Source: an uncultured Gemmatimonadales bacterium
GTDB taxonomy: Bacteria > Gemmatimonadota > Gemmatimonadetes > Gemmatimonadales > GWC2-71-9
Direction: 5' to 3'
DNA: 64,000 nucleotides
Assembly: GCA_963730185.1 (NCBI GenBank)
Contig: CAVSQW010000006.1
Span: forward strand, 416,001 to 480,000
Shown here: in pieces, positions 40,835-50,784 of the stretch
Layout: every line of letters begins with the position of its first letter
How positions within the stretch are numbered: position 1 is the first letter of the stretch
Translations under genes and position numbers: made by a program
Notes under the pieces: model-generated
What the model was told of the DNA's origin: nothing
Database searches by the model: none
The model's input: only the letters and a program-made list of their open reading frames with translations

Positions 40835-43309
40835 CTACCCCGGACTGGCCGCCTCGATCCGCCGCACGATCGTCTGGAACCGCGGATCGCTCCGGACCGG
40901 ATCCCAGATGGTGCTATTGAGCATCAGCGACGAGATCGCGAACCCGCCGAACTGGCCTTCGAGGCGCGCCAGGCCTTCGTCGAACTGCCCCGCGGCAACC
41001 AGCGCCGCCGCCAACCCGATCGCGATGCTGCGACGGCTGGTCGATCCCGGGGGATTGTGCCGGACCAGGGAGTCCGCCCGGGCCCGGGCCCCGGCGCTGT
41101 CGCCGGTCCGGCTGGCCAGGAACGTGGCCAGAACGGCATGGAAGACGGCGGCGACCGAGTCGCCTCGGACCAGCCGCCCGACCGTCGCGAGATCGGCACG
41201 CGCCCCTGCCGTGTCGCCCAACGCCAGCCGGGTCTCGGCCCGTAGGCCGTAGACCGAGAGGTCGTGCCGTCCGAGCGTGATGGCGCTGTCGAGCAGCGTC
41301 TCCGCCAGCGGATAACGCCGCTTCACCAGGCTCGACCAGCCTAACAGCCACGCGGACACCGCCCGGTCCGGGTCGAGCTCGAGTGAATGGGCGAACGCCG
41401 AATCGGCGGCCGGGGTCATGAGCTTGGAGCGGCCGTACTGATACCAGATCTCGGCGCTCCTGGGATCGAGGCGGACCGCCCGGGCGAGGGCCAGGCCCGC
41501 CTCGTGGTAGCAGTTCGGCACCGGCGCCCAGCACCGCGCTCCGGAGACCATCAGGTTGGGCGCGACCCGAAAGGCATCCCATCCATCCGCGTCGGCTGGG
41601 CCCGGAATCAGCAGGAACCCTCTCGCCAACCACCCGTCGGCGCTGGCGGAGTCGAGCTCGAGGGCGCGGTTGGCGGCGGCGAACCCCCGGGCCACGAGGC
41701 TGTCCGCGGTGAGGCCGGGATAGGGCCAGGGCCAGTTGGCATAGATCCCATACACCAGACCCAGCCGAGCCAAGGCCTCCGGGAAGCGGGGCTCGAGGGC
41801 GAGCGCGGCCTGGTACTCCTCCAGCGCCCGACGGCCGTCGGCCTCGGAGGTACGCCGGGATAGATAGAAGTTCCCTCTGAGGTAGTGGTCGTAGGCCTCG
41901 CGATTGTCGGTCGGGCGGACGGCGAGGGCGGCCCGCTCCGCCGGCGCCAGGCGACCCACCACCTCGCGCCCGACGGCCTCGGCGATCGCGTCTTCGGTGG
42001 CCAGGATGTCGTCGCCGGCTTGATCGAAGCTCCGAGTCCAGACCTGCCGGCCGTTGGCGGCCTCGACCAGTGCCACCCGAACCCGAAGCTGAGCCGCGCC
42101 CCGCTCGATACTGCCGTTCACCAGGTAGCGGGCTCCCAGGGCCCGACCGATCGCCGCCGGGTCGTCGACCGCCTGTCCCCGGTACCGGCGGACTCGACCC
42201 CGGGACGGAACCCCGAGCCGGGCAACCTGACCCAGCCGCGAGATCAGCTCCTCGGTGATGCCATCGGCCAGGTATTGGTCGCTGGAATCGCGCGAGAGAT
42301 TGTCGAGGTAGAGCACCGCCACGGTGGTGTCGCCCGAATGGGTCGGACCGAAGAGCCAGGCCGCGCCCCAGACCAACAGCGCAAGACCCGCGACCAGGCC
42401 GGCGGCCATCACCGCCCGGCGGCGGCGGCGCCCTGACCCGCCGGCGCCGGTCGGCCCTTGCCCGGCCAGGGCCGCCCCCATCGCGCCAGCGGTCGGGAAC
42501 CGCTCCTCAGGCGCCTTAGCCAACGCGGTGAGCACCGTGTCCTCCACCACGCGCGGCACCTCGGGCCGCCGGATCCGGGGCGACGGAGCGGGCTCGACCG
42601 TGTGCCGGCCCCAGACCGCGTGGGGCGTGGGTCCGTCGAAGGGCGGCGCCCCGGCCAGCATCTCGAAGAGCACGCATCCGAGGCTGTAGACGTCGCTCGC
42701 GCCGGTGACCGGCTCGCCCGTGATCTGCTCCGGACTCATGTAGCGGGGCGTGCCTAACGCGATGCCGGTCTCGGTCAGCCCCCCGGCGGCCTCGGTGGCC
42801 GAGGCGTCGATCGCCCGGGCGATCCCGAAGTCGCTCACCACCGCCTGCCCCTCCGCGAGGAGGATGTTCTCGGGCTTGACGTCGCGGTGGATCACACCCC
42901 GCTGATGGGCGTAGTCGAGGGCGGCCGCCACCTGCCGGGCGATCTCCACCGCCTCCCCGATCGGAAGCGACCCGTAGCGGTCGAGCCGGTCGCGGAGCGA
43001 TTCGCCCGCGACGTAGGGCATGACGTAGTAGAGGAGCGGTCCCGCCGCCGTGTCCACCCGCCCGCTGTCGAACAGGGGCAGAATATGGGGATGGTTGAGC
43101 TGGGCGGCGATCTGGATCTCGCGGAGGAATCGCTCGGCGCCGAGGGCCGCCGCGAGCACCGGGCGCAGCACCTTCAGGGCCACGTCGCGATCATGCTTCC
43201 GATCACGAGCAAGGTAGACGATCGCCATCCCGCCCCGACCCAGCTCGCGAATCGGCTGCCACCGCCCGGCGAGCGGACCTGACAGGGAGGCGAGGAGGTC
43301 GTCCGACAC
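40835..43309 (-). CDS. Ser/Thr protein kinase with TM segment, TolB-N-like domain and TPR repeats
   Basis: LGRGGMAIVY, VALKVL, HRDVKPEN, DFGIA, GTPRYMSPEQ, DGITEELI..L, EAYDHYLRG, RSDPRF. Confidence 0.93.
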   Translation of the reverse strand: MSDDLLASLSGPLAGRWQPIRELGRGGMAIVYLARDRKHDRDVALKVLRPVLAAALGAERFLREIQIAAQLNHPHILPLFDSGRVDTAAGPLLYYVMPYVAGESLRDRLDRYGSLPIGEAVEIARQVAAALDYAHQRGVIHRDVKPENILLAEGQAVVSDFGIARAIDASATEAAGGLTETGIALGTPRYMSPEQITGEPVTGASDVYSLGCVLFEMLAGAPPFDGPTPHAVWGRHTVEPAPSPRIRRPEVPRVVEDTVLTALAKAPEERFPTAGAMGAALAGQGPTGAGGSGRRRRRAVMAAGLVAGLALLVWGAAWLFGPTHSGDTTVAVLYLDNLSRDSSDQYLADGITEELISRLGQVARLGVPSRGRVRRYRGQAVDDPAAIGRALGARYLVNGSIERGAAQLRVRVALVEAANGRQVWTRSFDQAGDDILATEDAIAEAVGREVVGRLAPAERAALAVRPTDNREAYDHYLRGNFYLSRRTSEADGRRALEEYQAALALEPRFPEALARLGLVYGIYANWPWPYPGLTADSLVARGFAAANRALELDSASADGWLARGFLLIPGPADADGWDAFRVAPNLMVSGARCWAPVPNCYHEAGLALARAVRLDPRSAEIWYQYGRSKLMTPAADSAFAHSLELDPDRAVSAWLLGWSSLVKRRYPLAETLLDSAITLGRHDLSVYGLRAETRLALGDTAGARADLATVGRLVRGDSVAAVFHAVLATFLASRTGDSAGARARADSLVRHNPPGSTSRRSIAIGLAAALVAAGQFDEGLARLEGQFGGFAISSLMLNSTIWDPVRSDPRFQTIVRRIEAASPG

Positions 43310-43448
43310 GGGGCGTTCCTCCGGGTTCGGGCAGGGTCCGGCTTTCGAGAAGATGGCCCAGACCCGAGCCGAGGGCTACCCCAGCGGCGTCGGGCTCGGT
43401 GGGGCGATGGCCGGCCCCGTGCCAGGCGCGCTATCTTCTCGCACGACC

Positions 43449-46082
43449 ATGTCCGTCCCCCCCACCCTGCTCCTCGCCGGCCTCCTGGCCGCTCGCGTCG
43501 CCTCGGCGCAGGCGCCCCCGGCCTATCGGGACTCCACCCGCACCGTCGCGGAGCGGACCCGTGACCTCCTGAACCGGATGACGCTCGAGGAGAAGTTCTG
43601 GCAGGTCTTCATGGTGCCCGACGATCTGAGCGACTCGACCCATGACTATTCCCACGGGGTGTTCGGACTCCAACTGAAGGCCGACGCCCCGGCCGGCAGC
43701 CCCGCCGAAGCCGCCCGGTCCGACGCCAACCGGATCAACGCCTTCCAACGCCGCTTGTCGACCGGAACCCGGCTCGGAATTCCGATGATCCCGTTCGACG
43801 AAGCGGTCCACGGACTGGCGCGCGACGGCGCCACGATGTTCCCGCAAGCCATCGCCCTGGCCGCAACCTGGGACACCGCGCTCGTCGGCCGGGTGGCCGA
43901 AGCGATCGCGCGGGAGACGAGAAGCCGGGGAATCCGGCAGGTGCTGTCACCGGTGGTGAACCTGGCTCGCGACGTCCGCTGGGGCCGGGTCGAGGAGACC
44001 TACGGCGAGGACCCCTTCCTCAGCTCGTCGATGGCGGTCGCGTACGCCGGCGCGATGGAACGGAACGGCGTGATCGCCACCCCGAAGCACTTCGTCGCCA
44101 ACGTGGGCGAGGGCGGCCGCGACAGCTATCCGATCGAGGTGAGCCGCCGCGAGCTGGCGCAATCGTACTTCCCGCCGTTCGAGGCCGCGATCCACCAAGG
44201 TGGGGCCCAGTCGGTGATGAGCGCCTACAACTCCGTCAACGGCGTCCCCGCCACCCAGAACCGCTGGCTCCTCACCGACGTGCTCCGCCGGCAGTGGCGC
44301 TTCCCCGGCTTCGTGATCTCGGACGCCTCGGCCACGAGCGGCGCCACCGTCCTCCACGACACCGAGCCCGACACCCCCACGGCCGCCGCGCACGCCTTTG
44401 CAGCCGGACTGGACGTGGTCTTCCAGTCCGGCTGGACGGAGCATCGCCCCTATCTCGCGGCGTTTCGCCGCGGTCTGATCCCCCGCGCGACGATCGACTC
44501 GGCCGTGTCCCGGGTGCTCCGCGCCAAGTTCCGCCTGGGCCTGTTCGAGCACCCCTACGTCGACCCCGACAGTGCCGCCTACTGGAGCTCCCGACCCGGG
44601 CATCGAGCGCTGGCCCGGGAGGCGGCCGGCCGGTCGATCGTGCTGCTCAAGAACCGGGGCGGCCGGCTTCCGCTCACCGCCGAGGTCGGGCGAATCGCCG
44701 TGATCGGGGCCGACGCCGCCGACCCGCGACTCGGTGGCTACAGCGGCCCCGGAGTCGACCCGGTCTCCATCCTGGACGGGCTCCGGCGCCGGGCGCCCGC
44801 GGGGGCCCAGGTCGACTTCCGCCGAGGGCCGGGGCGGGTTAGCCGCGACGTCGCGGTCGTGCCGGGGTCCGCGCTGAGCGCTGGTCCCTCGGGTCAGGAC
44901 CGCGGCCTCGCGGCCGAATATTTCGCCGGCATCCGCCTCGAGGGGCCTCCCGCCGCAACCCGCCAGGACTCGATCGTCGACTTTCACTGGACCTTGGGCT
45001 CGCCCGCCCCGGGACTGGCCCGCGACTGGTACTCGGTCCGCTGGCAAGGCCGGGTCACCATTCCGCCGGGCCGGTCCCGGCGGATCGGGATCGAAGGCAA
45101 CGACGGCTACCGCCTCTGGGTCGACGACCGCCTGGTGCTCGACGACTGGACCAAGCGCTCCTTCGGTACCCATCTGACAACCGAACCGTTGGAGCCCGGT
45201 CGGAGCTACCGGATCCGGCTCGAGTACTTCGAGACCCGGGGCAACGCCCGAATTCGCCTGGTCTGGGACGACCCGTCGCCGTGGCGGGCCGAGATCGACA
45301 GCGCGGTGGCCCTGGCCGGCGCGAGCGACCTGGCCATCGTGGTGGCCGGGATCGAGGAGGGCGAGTTCCGTGACCGGTCCTCCCTGGCGCTGCCGGGTCA
45401 CCAGGAGGCGCTGATTCGCCGGGTGGCGGCCACCGGGACGCCGGTCGTGGTGGTGCTCGTCGGCGGCAGCGCCGTCACCACGACCCGGTGGATCGACTCG
45501 GTCGACGCCGTGCTGATGGCTTGGTATCCTGGCCAGGCGGGCGGCACCGCGGTGGCCGACGTGCTCTTCGGCGACGTCGACCCCGGTGGCCGGCTGCCGA
45601 TCACGTTCCCGCTCGCCGAGGGACAGCTGCCGCTCTACTACGACCACGAGCCGACCGGCCGGGGCGACGACTATCTGGACCTGAGCGGGATGCCCTTCTT
45701 TCCGTTCGGCTATGGACTCAGCTATACGTCGTTCGAGCTCTCGGAGCTGCGGGTCGCCTGGACCGGTACCCGGGCGGCGCCGGCGGCCGTGGTCCGGCTT
45801 CGGGTTCGGAACACCGGGTCCCGCCGCGGCAGCGAGGTCGTGCAGCTCTACCTCAGGGACGAGCTGGCGTCGGTGGTCCGCCCGGTGATCCAGCTGGCCG
45901 GCTTTCGGTCCGTCCACCTGGCGCCGGAGGAAACCCGGGAGGTCGCCTTTTCGCTCTATGCCAGCCAACTCGGATTGGTGACCGAAAACCTCCGGCGGAT
46001 CGTCGAGCCCGGGCAATTCCGCGTCATGGTGGGAGTATCGTCCCGGGACATCCGACTCCGCGGCCAGCTCGTGGTGCCGTAG
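43449..46082 (+). CDS. GH3 beta-glucosidase with PA14 insert and Fn3-like domain
   Basis: MTLEEK, RLGIP..DEAVHG, RWGRVEETYGEDP, KHF, MSAYN, VISD, SIVLLKN, AWYPGQ.GG, FPFGYGLSY. Confidence 0.93.
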   Translation: MSVPPTLLLAGLLAARVASAQAPPAYRDSTRTVAERTRDLLNRMTLEEKFWQVFMVPDDLSDSTHDYSHGVFGLQLKADAPAGSPAEAARSDANRINAFQRRLSTGTRLGIPMIPFDEAVHGLARDGATMFPQAIALAATWDTALVGRVAEAIARETRSRGIRQVLSPVVNLARDVRWGRVEETYGEDPFLSSSMAVAYAGAMERNGVIATPKHFVANVGEGGRDSYPIEVSRRELAQSYFPPFEAAIHQGGAQSVMSAYNSVNGVPATQNRWLLTDVLRRQWRFPGFVISDASATSGATVLHDTEPDTPTAAAHAFAAGLDVVFQSGWTEHRPYLAAFRRGLIPRATIDSAVSRVLRAKFRLGLFEHPYVDPDSAAYWSSRPGHRALAREAAGRSIVLLKNRGGRLPLTAEVGRIAVIGADAADPRLGGYSGPGVDPVSILDGLRRRAPAGAQVDFRRGPGRVSRDVAVVPGSALSAGPSGQDRGLAAEYFAGIRLEGPPAATRQDSIVDFHWTLGSPAPGLARDWYSVRWQGRVTIPPGRSRRIGIEGNDGYRLWVDDRLVLDDWTKRSFGTHLTTEPLEPGRSYRIRLEYFETRGNARIRLVWDDPSPWRAEIDSAVALAGASDLAIVVAGIEEGEFRDRSSLALPGHQEALIRRVAATGTPVVVVLVGGSAVTTTRWIDSVDAVLMAWYPGQAGGTAVADVLFGDVDPGGRLPITFPLAEGQLPLYYDHEPTGRGDDYLDLSGMPFFPFGYGLSYTSFELSELRVAWTGTRAAPAAVVRLRVRNTGSRRGSEVVQLYLRDELASVVRPVIQLAGFRSVHLAPEETREVAFSLYASQLGLVTENLRRIVEPGQFRVMVGVSSRDIRLRGQLVVP

Positions 46083-46101
46083 CCGATTGGAATCACCTCG
46101 A

Positions 46102-46614
46102 ATGACGTCACCCTCTTCGCCCCTCCCCATTCGGCCGGCCGGCCCCGCCGACGTCGGACAGCTGGCCCGCTGCCGCCTCGACCTCTTCACCGAGGTTCGC
46201 GGCGGTCTCGATCCGGCCGCCGCCGACGCCTTTCTCTCGCACTGCGCCGATGCCCTGCGACGGTACTTCGACACCGATCGGGTCGCGGCCTGGATCGCCG
46301 AGACCGCCCCGGGCGGGGAGAACGTCGGCTCCCTCATCCTGCTCCTCTACCCGCGGCTCCCGTCGCTCCACAACCTCCGGACCGATGAGGGGTACCTGAT
46401 CAACGTGTACGTGGCCCGGGCCTGGCGGCGACGACGGATCGCGTCGGCCCTGATGGAGACGGCGCTGGCCTACGGACGGCAACGCGGGCTCGCCCGGATC
46501 CGCCTCCATGCCACTCCCGAGGGCCGGCTCGTCTACCAGCGGATCGGCTTCCGGGGCCGGGACGACGAGATGGAGCTCGACTTCGTGGCGACCGATGTGC
46601 CGCGCCCGGCGTAA
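46102..46614 (+). CDS. GNAT family N-acetyltransferase
   Basis: NVYV..AWRRRRIA..LM, LHAT..GR.VYQRIGF. Confidence 0.85.
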   Translation: MTSPSSPLPIRPAGPADVGQLARCRLDLFTEVRGGLDPAAADAFLSHCADALRRYFDTDRVAAWIAETAPGGENVGSLILLLYPRLPSLHNLRTDEGYLINVYVARAWRRRRIASALMETALAYGRQRGLARIRLHATPEGRLVYQRIGFRGRDDEMELDFVATDVPRPA

Positions 46615-47284
46615 CCTCCGGCTGGGGGTCAGCGTGCTGCTCACGCTGGCTTCGAGCGCACTCCGGGCCCAGACCCCACCCTGCCCGCCGATCGACACGA
46701 CCGCCGCCTGGGTCCGCCTGAACAAGGCCTGGAGCGCCGAGAAGGGCGTGAGCTGGGCCAACGACTCGCTCCGCCGCGTGCTCCTGGCGCTCGCCGATCG
46801 AGACCAGGCCGCTCGGCAGGACTTCGGCGCGCACGCCAGCGACACCGCCTACGGGCGGCGGCTCAACGCGACGGACTCGGTCCTGGCCGGCCGGCTCGAG
46901 AAGATCCTGGCCCGGTTCGGGCTGCCGACCCGGTCGATGGTCGGCCCCAAAGGCTCCGACGCGGCGATGCTCGTCGTCCAACACAACGAGCGGCTGCAGG
47001 AGCGGGTGCTGGCCCTGGCCCGCGCTCTCCCCCCCGGGCAGATCTCGCCCCAGGCGCTGGCGATGCTCGAGGACCGGGTCCTGGTCCACCAAGGCAAGGC
47101 CCAGCGCTACGGAACCCAGTTCTCGAACGGCCCCGACGGCGTTTTCCGACTCGATCCGACCGACGACCTGCCCGGCCTCGCGGCCCGGCGCGAGAAGGCC
47201 GGCCTCCCGCCGCTCCCCCAGTATGCCTGCCTGCTGGAAGCGGCCGGCGTGAAGCTCGAACGCTCGTCCTTCCCGCCGGAGTAG
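46595..47284 (+). CDS. Secreted conserved hypothetical protein (DUF6624-like)
   Basis: DQAAR, G.P..SMVG, LVVQH, DRVLV..GK.QRYGTQF, RR..AGLPPL. Start uncertain. Confidence 0.75.
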   Translation: MCRARRNLRLGVSVLLTLASSALRAQTPPCPPIDTTAAWVRLNKAWSAEKGVSWANDSLRRVLLALADRDQAARQDFGAHASDTAYGRRLNATDSVLAGRLEKILARFGLPTRSMVGPKGSDAAMLVVQHNERLQERVLALARALPPGQISPQALAMLEDRVLVHQGKAQRYGTQFSNGPDGVFRLDPTDDLPGLAARREKAGLPPLPQYACLLEAAGVKLERSSFPPE

Positions 47285-47369
47285 CACCCTCGAAAGGGGC
47301 GTTGACCTCCCGACCGCCATCCGCCGAGCGGCGGCCGCCGTCCACCCGTTCCCTACCCCTTGCCGCTCA

Positions 47370-47403
47370 CATCTTGACAATCAAGATGAGAACGTCATAA
47401 GCT
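47370..47403 (+). promoter_or_regulatory. Palindromic operator overlapping a sigma70 promoter of the padR-permease pair
   Basis: CATCTTGA-caa-TCAAGATG (47370-47388) contains TTGACA (47374-47379); TAAGCT follows 18 nt later. Confidence 0.65.
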
Positions 47404-47428
47404 CTACCGTCCCCGACCCGGAGCGCCA

Positions 47429-47764
47429 GTGGACGAGGCCAAGACCGACGTCATCCAAGGCACCCTCGACCTGCTCATCCTCAAGACGCTGAGCCTCGAG
47501 CCGATGCACGGCTTCGGGATCGCGCGCCGGATCGAGCAGATCTCCCGGGGCGTGTTCAAGGTCAATCCCGGCTCGCTGCTTACCGCATTCCAGCGGATGG
47601 TGCGCGCCGGCCTGCTCGACAGCGAGTGGCGCCGGACCGAGAACGCCCGTCGGGCCAAGTACTACCGGCTCACCGCCCTGGGCCGAAAGCGCCTCGCGGT
47701 CGAGACCGAGGACTGGACTCGCCGCGCCCAAGCGGTCGCCCGCCTGCTCCAGACGGAGGGGTGA
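47429..47764 (+). CDS. PadR-family transcriptional regulator
   Basis: QGTLDLLILKTL...MHGFGIA.RI, ENARRAKYY.LT..GR. Confidence 0.92.
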   Translation: MDEAKTDVIQGTLDLLILKTLSLEPMHGFGIARRIEQISRGVFKVNPGSLLTAFQRMVRAGLLDSEWRRTENARRAKYYRLTALGRKRLAVETEDWTRRAQAVARLLQTEG

Positions 47765-47766
47765 GC

Positions 47767-50433
47767 ATGTCGCTCTGGCGGCACCTTCGCCACGGAATCA
47801 GGGGAATCCTCCGCCGCCCCACCGTGGACCGGGAGATCCAGGACGAGGTCGACCACTATCTCGCCGAGGCGGCTCGGGCTCACGAGGCGGCGGGGCTCGA
47901 CCCGGAGGCGGCGCTCCGGGCCGCCCGGCTCGACCTCGGCAGCGCCACCGCGGTGCGGGAGGAGATCCGGGGCTCCGGCTGGGAGGGCCGACTGGCGGAG
48001 ACGGTCGGCGACATCCGGTACGCCCTCCGTCTCCTCCGGAAGGCTCCCGTGTTCACCGCCGTCGCGATCCTGGTCATCGCCCTCGGCACCGGTGCGGTCA
48101 CGACCGTCTACAGCGGGCTCAACGCGCTGGCGCTCCGCCCCCTTCCCGGCGCCACCGACGGCGATCGTCTGGTCCAGGTCGACCGCCGGCGTCCCGACGC
48201 AGACGAAGGGATCTCCGCCTCGTACGACTACTACCAGTATCTCCGCCACCACACCCGAAGCCTGACGGGGATCGCCGCCTGGAGCAAAGCCACCTTCGCC
48301 GTCGCGGTGCGCGGCGAGGGGATCGAGGTCTTCGGCAATCTGGTCAGCGGCAACTACTTCTCGCTGCTCGGAGTGCGGCCGGAGCTGGGACGGTTCTTCC
48401 GCCCCGACGAGGATTCCATTCCCCTGGCCCACCCGGTCATGGTGGTCTCTCACGGATTCTGGGTCCAACATCTCGGGGCCGACAGCGGTGCGGTCGGTCG
48501 CACGCTCTCGGTCAACGGTCAGCCCTACACCCTGATCGGCGTGGCGCAGCCCGAGTTCCACGGAGTGTTCACGCCGCTCCTGCTCGAGGCCTGGGTTCCC
48601 TTGGCCATGCAGCAGCAGATCCGCCCGGGCCGGAACCTCGAGCAGGCGCTCTGGCTCTGGACCTTCGGACGGCTGGCCGACGGCACCAGCCGGCCAGCGG
48701 CCGCCCGCGAGCTCACCGACCTGACGGCCAACTACATCGCCTTGGGCGTCGAGCCGGACGGGCGGTCCACATACGACGCGGTCCGGCTCACCGGTCTGAA
48801 CGGCCTCCCGGCCGACGCCCATCAGATGGCGGTTGGATTCGTCGGGCTGCTCTTCGGCGCGGCGGTGCTGGTGCTGCTGATCGCGAGCGTGAACGTGGCG
48901 TCGCTTCTCTCCGCCCGAGCGGTGGCCCGGCGGCGGGAGATGGCGGTGCGGGCCGCGCTTGGCGCCGGGCGGGGACGGCTGGTCCGCCAGGTGCTGACCG
49001 AGATTCTGGTCCTGTTCGGGGTCGGGGCGCTGGGAGGGATCGCGCTCGCTGGCCAGGCCACCGCCGCGCTCGAGCGGCTGACCATTCCCACCAACGTCCC
49101 GATGGCGCTGGAGATCTCGCCGGACGCGCGGGTCTTCGGCTTCGCGGTCCTGGTCTCGCTCGCCACCGGCCTTTTCGCCGGCCTGGGGCCGGCGCTGCGG
49201 GCCGTCCGGCCCGACCTCCACGCCCGGCTCCGGGTCGGGACGGCCGGGTCAGGCGGGGGACGCCGGCTGGTCAGCAACCTGCTGATCGTGGGCCAGCTGG
49301 CGCTCTCGCTGGTGCTCCTGGTCGCGGCCGGGCTCTTCCTCCGCGCCCTGGACCGGGGCGCCAGGACCGACCCCGGATTCGATCCGTCGGGCGTCGCCAC
49401 GGCCGATTTCAACACCGAATCCTGGGGCTACGACGCCAACCGGGGACGGGCGTTCTACTCGGCGCTCCGCCAGCGGCTCGAGGCCGTCCCGGGAGTGACG
49501 GCGGTGTCGTTCACCACCAACTTGCCGCTCGCGTTCGCGACCATGAACGGGTGGGTTCGGCTCCCGAGCGATCCGCCCCCCGGCACCGAGGGCAGCGCCG
49601 GCCGGCCGATTCAGATGTCGCTGGTGGGCAGCGACTATTTCGAGGCGCTCCGCCTGCCGCTGGTCGCCGGCCGAGCCATCGGCCCCGCCGACGACGACCG
49701 CTCGCCGCGGGTGGCGGTCGTCAATCAAACCCTCGCCCGGCGCTTCTGGCCGGACGGCGACGCCCTCGGCCGGACCTTCCTCTACCTGGACCGGGAGGTC
49801 ACCGTCGTCGGCGTCGCCCGCGACGCCAAGTACGGATCGCTCTCCGAGACCATGCCGGCCTTCGCGTACTTCCCGATGGCCGAGGCGTGGCGACCGAACC
49901 AAAGCCTCCTGGTCCGGACCACCGGGGCCACGGCCGGACTCGCGGCGGCCGTGCAGCAGGCCGTCCTGGCGATCGACCCGCTGCTCCCCCGACCCCAGGT
50001 GCAGACCCTCCGTGACGCGGAGGCGATCGTGCTCCTCCCCCAGCGGATCGCGGCGATCGTGACCGGCGCCCTGGGCGCGGTCGGCCTCCTGATGGCCACC
50101 GTGGGGCTCTACGGGGTGATCGCCTACAGCGTCGGGCGGCGGACCCGCGAGATCGGTCTCCGGGTGGCCCTCGGCGCCGATCGGCGAGCCGTGCTGGCGC
50201 TGGTGCTCCGAGAGGGAATGCGGTTGGCTGCGGTGGGCGTCGCGATCGGCCTGCTCCTGGCCGCCGGAGCGTCCCGTCTGCTCGCCGGATTGCTGTTCGA
50301 CGTGAGCGCGCTCGACCTCCCGACCTTCGTGGTGATGTCGGCGCTCTTCGTCGGCGTCTCGCTCCTGGCCAGCTACCTCCCGGCTCGCCGAGCGGCCGGG
50401 GCCGATCCGATGGCGGCGCTCCGGGTGGACTAG
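47767..50433 (+). CDS. Duplicated MacB/FtsX-type orphan ABC permease (ADOP-like)
   Basis: D.RYALRLLRK.P.F, RRREMAVRAALGAGRGRL, QLALSLVLL, RTREIGLRVALGA, PARRA...DPM.ALR. Confidence 0.92.
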   Translation: MSLWRHLRHGIRGILRRPTVDREIQDEVDHYLAEAARAHEAAGLDPEAALRAARLDLGSATAVREEIRGSGWEGRLAETVGDIRYALRLLRKAPVFTAVAILVIALGTGAVTTVYSGLNALALRPLPGATDGDRLVQVDRRRPDADEGISASYDYYQYLRHHTRSLTGIAAWSKATFAVAVRGEGIEVFGNLVSGNYFSLLGVRPELGRFFRPDEDSIPLAHPVMVVSHGFWVQHLGADSGAVGRTLSVNGQPYTLIGVAQPEFHGVFTPLLLEAWVPLAMQQQIRPGRNLEQALWLWTFGRLADGTSRPAAARELTDLTANYIALGVEPDGRSTYDAVRLTGLNGLPADAHQMAVGFVGLLFGAAVLVLLIASVNVASLLSARAVARRREMAVRAALGAGRGRLVRQVLTEILVLFGVGALGGIALAGQATAALERLTIPTNVPMALEISPDARVFGFAVLVSLATGLFAGLGPALRAVRPDLHARLRVGTAGSGGGRRLVSNLLIVGQLALSLVLLVAAGLFLRALDRGARTDPGFDPSGVATADFNTESWGYDANRGRAFYSALRQRLEAVPGVTAVSFTTNLPLAFATMNGWVRLPSDPPPGTEGSAGRPIQMSLVGSDYFEALRLPLVAGRAIGPADDDRSPRVAVVNQTLARRFWPDGDALGRTFLYLDREVTVVGVARDAKYGSLSETMPAFAYFPMAEAWRPNQSLLVRTTGATAGLAAAVQQAVLAIDPLLPRPQVQTLRDAEAIVLLPQRIAAIVTGALGAVGLLMATVGLYGVIAYSVGRRTREIGLRVALGADRRAVLALVLREGMRLAAVGVAIGLLLAAGASRLLAGLLFDVSALDLPTFVVMSALFVGVSLLASYLPARRAAGADPMAALRVD

Positions 50434-50490
50434 CCGGACGCCGACTACCTTTCGGGATCCTCGGATCGATCATCCTCTCGGGAGGCCGCC

Positions 50491-50769
50491 ATCCTCAATC
50501 TCATCGTCTGGGCACTCCTGACCGGCGGGATCACGGGCGGGGTCGGGGTGGCGATCGTCCTGTTTCGCCGCCTGCGCCGACTCTCGGACGATCAGCGGGC
50601 GCTCCTGGCCGAGCGGTCCGAGGGGCTCCACGCGCTGGAGGGACTGGAGGGTCGGGTCCTCGAGCTGGAGGACCGGCTCGACTTCACCGAGCGCCTGCTC
50701 GCCGCCCACCCCACGCCACCCGGCCAGGACCCGGCCGGTCGGATCCCCTCCGACCCCAGCCAGCGCTGA
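50491..50769 (+). CDS. Small membrane-anchored coiled-coil protein (possible ATC start)
   Basis: Hydrophobic segment begins right after GGGAGG at an in-frame ATC; ELEDRLDFTERLL. The first canonical start (GTG 50548) would truncate the TM segment. Confidence 0.6.
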   Translation: MLNLIVWALLTGGITGGVGVAIVLFRRLRRLSDDQRALLAERSEGLHALEGLEGRVLELEDRLDFTERLLAAHPTPPGQDPAGRIPSDPSQR

Positions 50770-50784
50770 TCGTCGGATCGTCCC

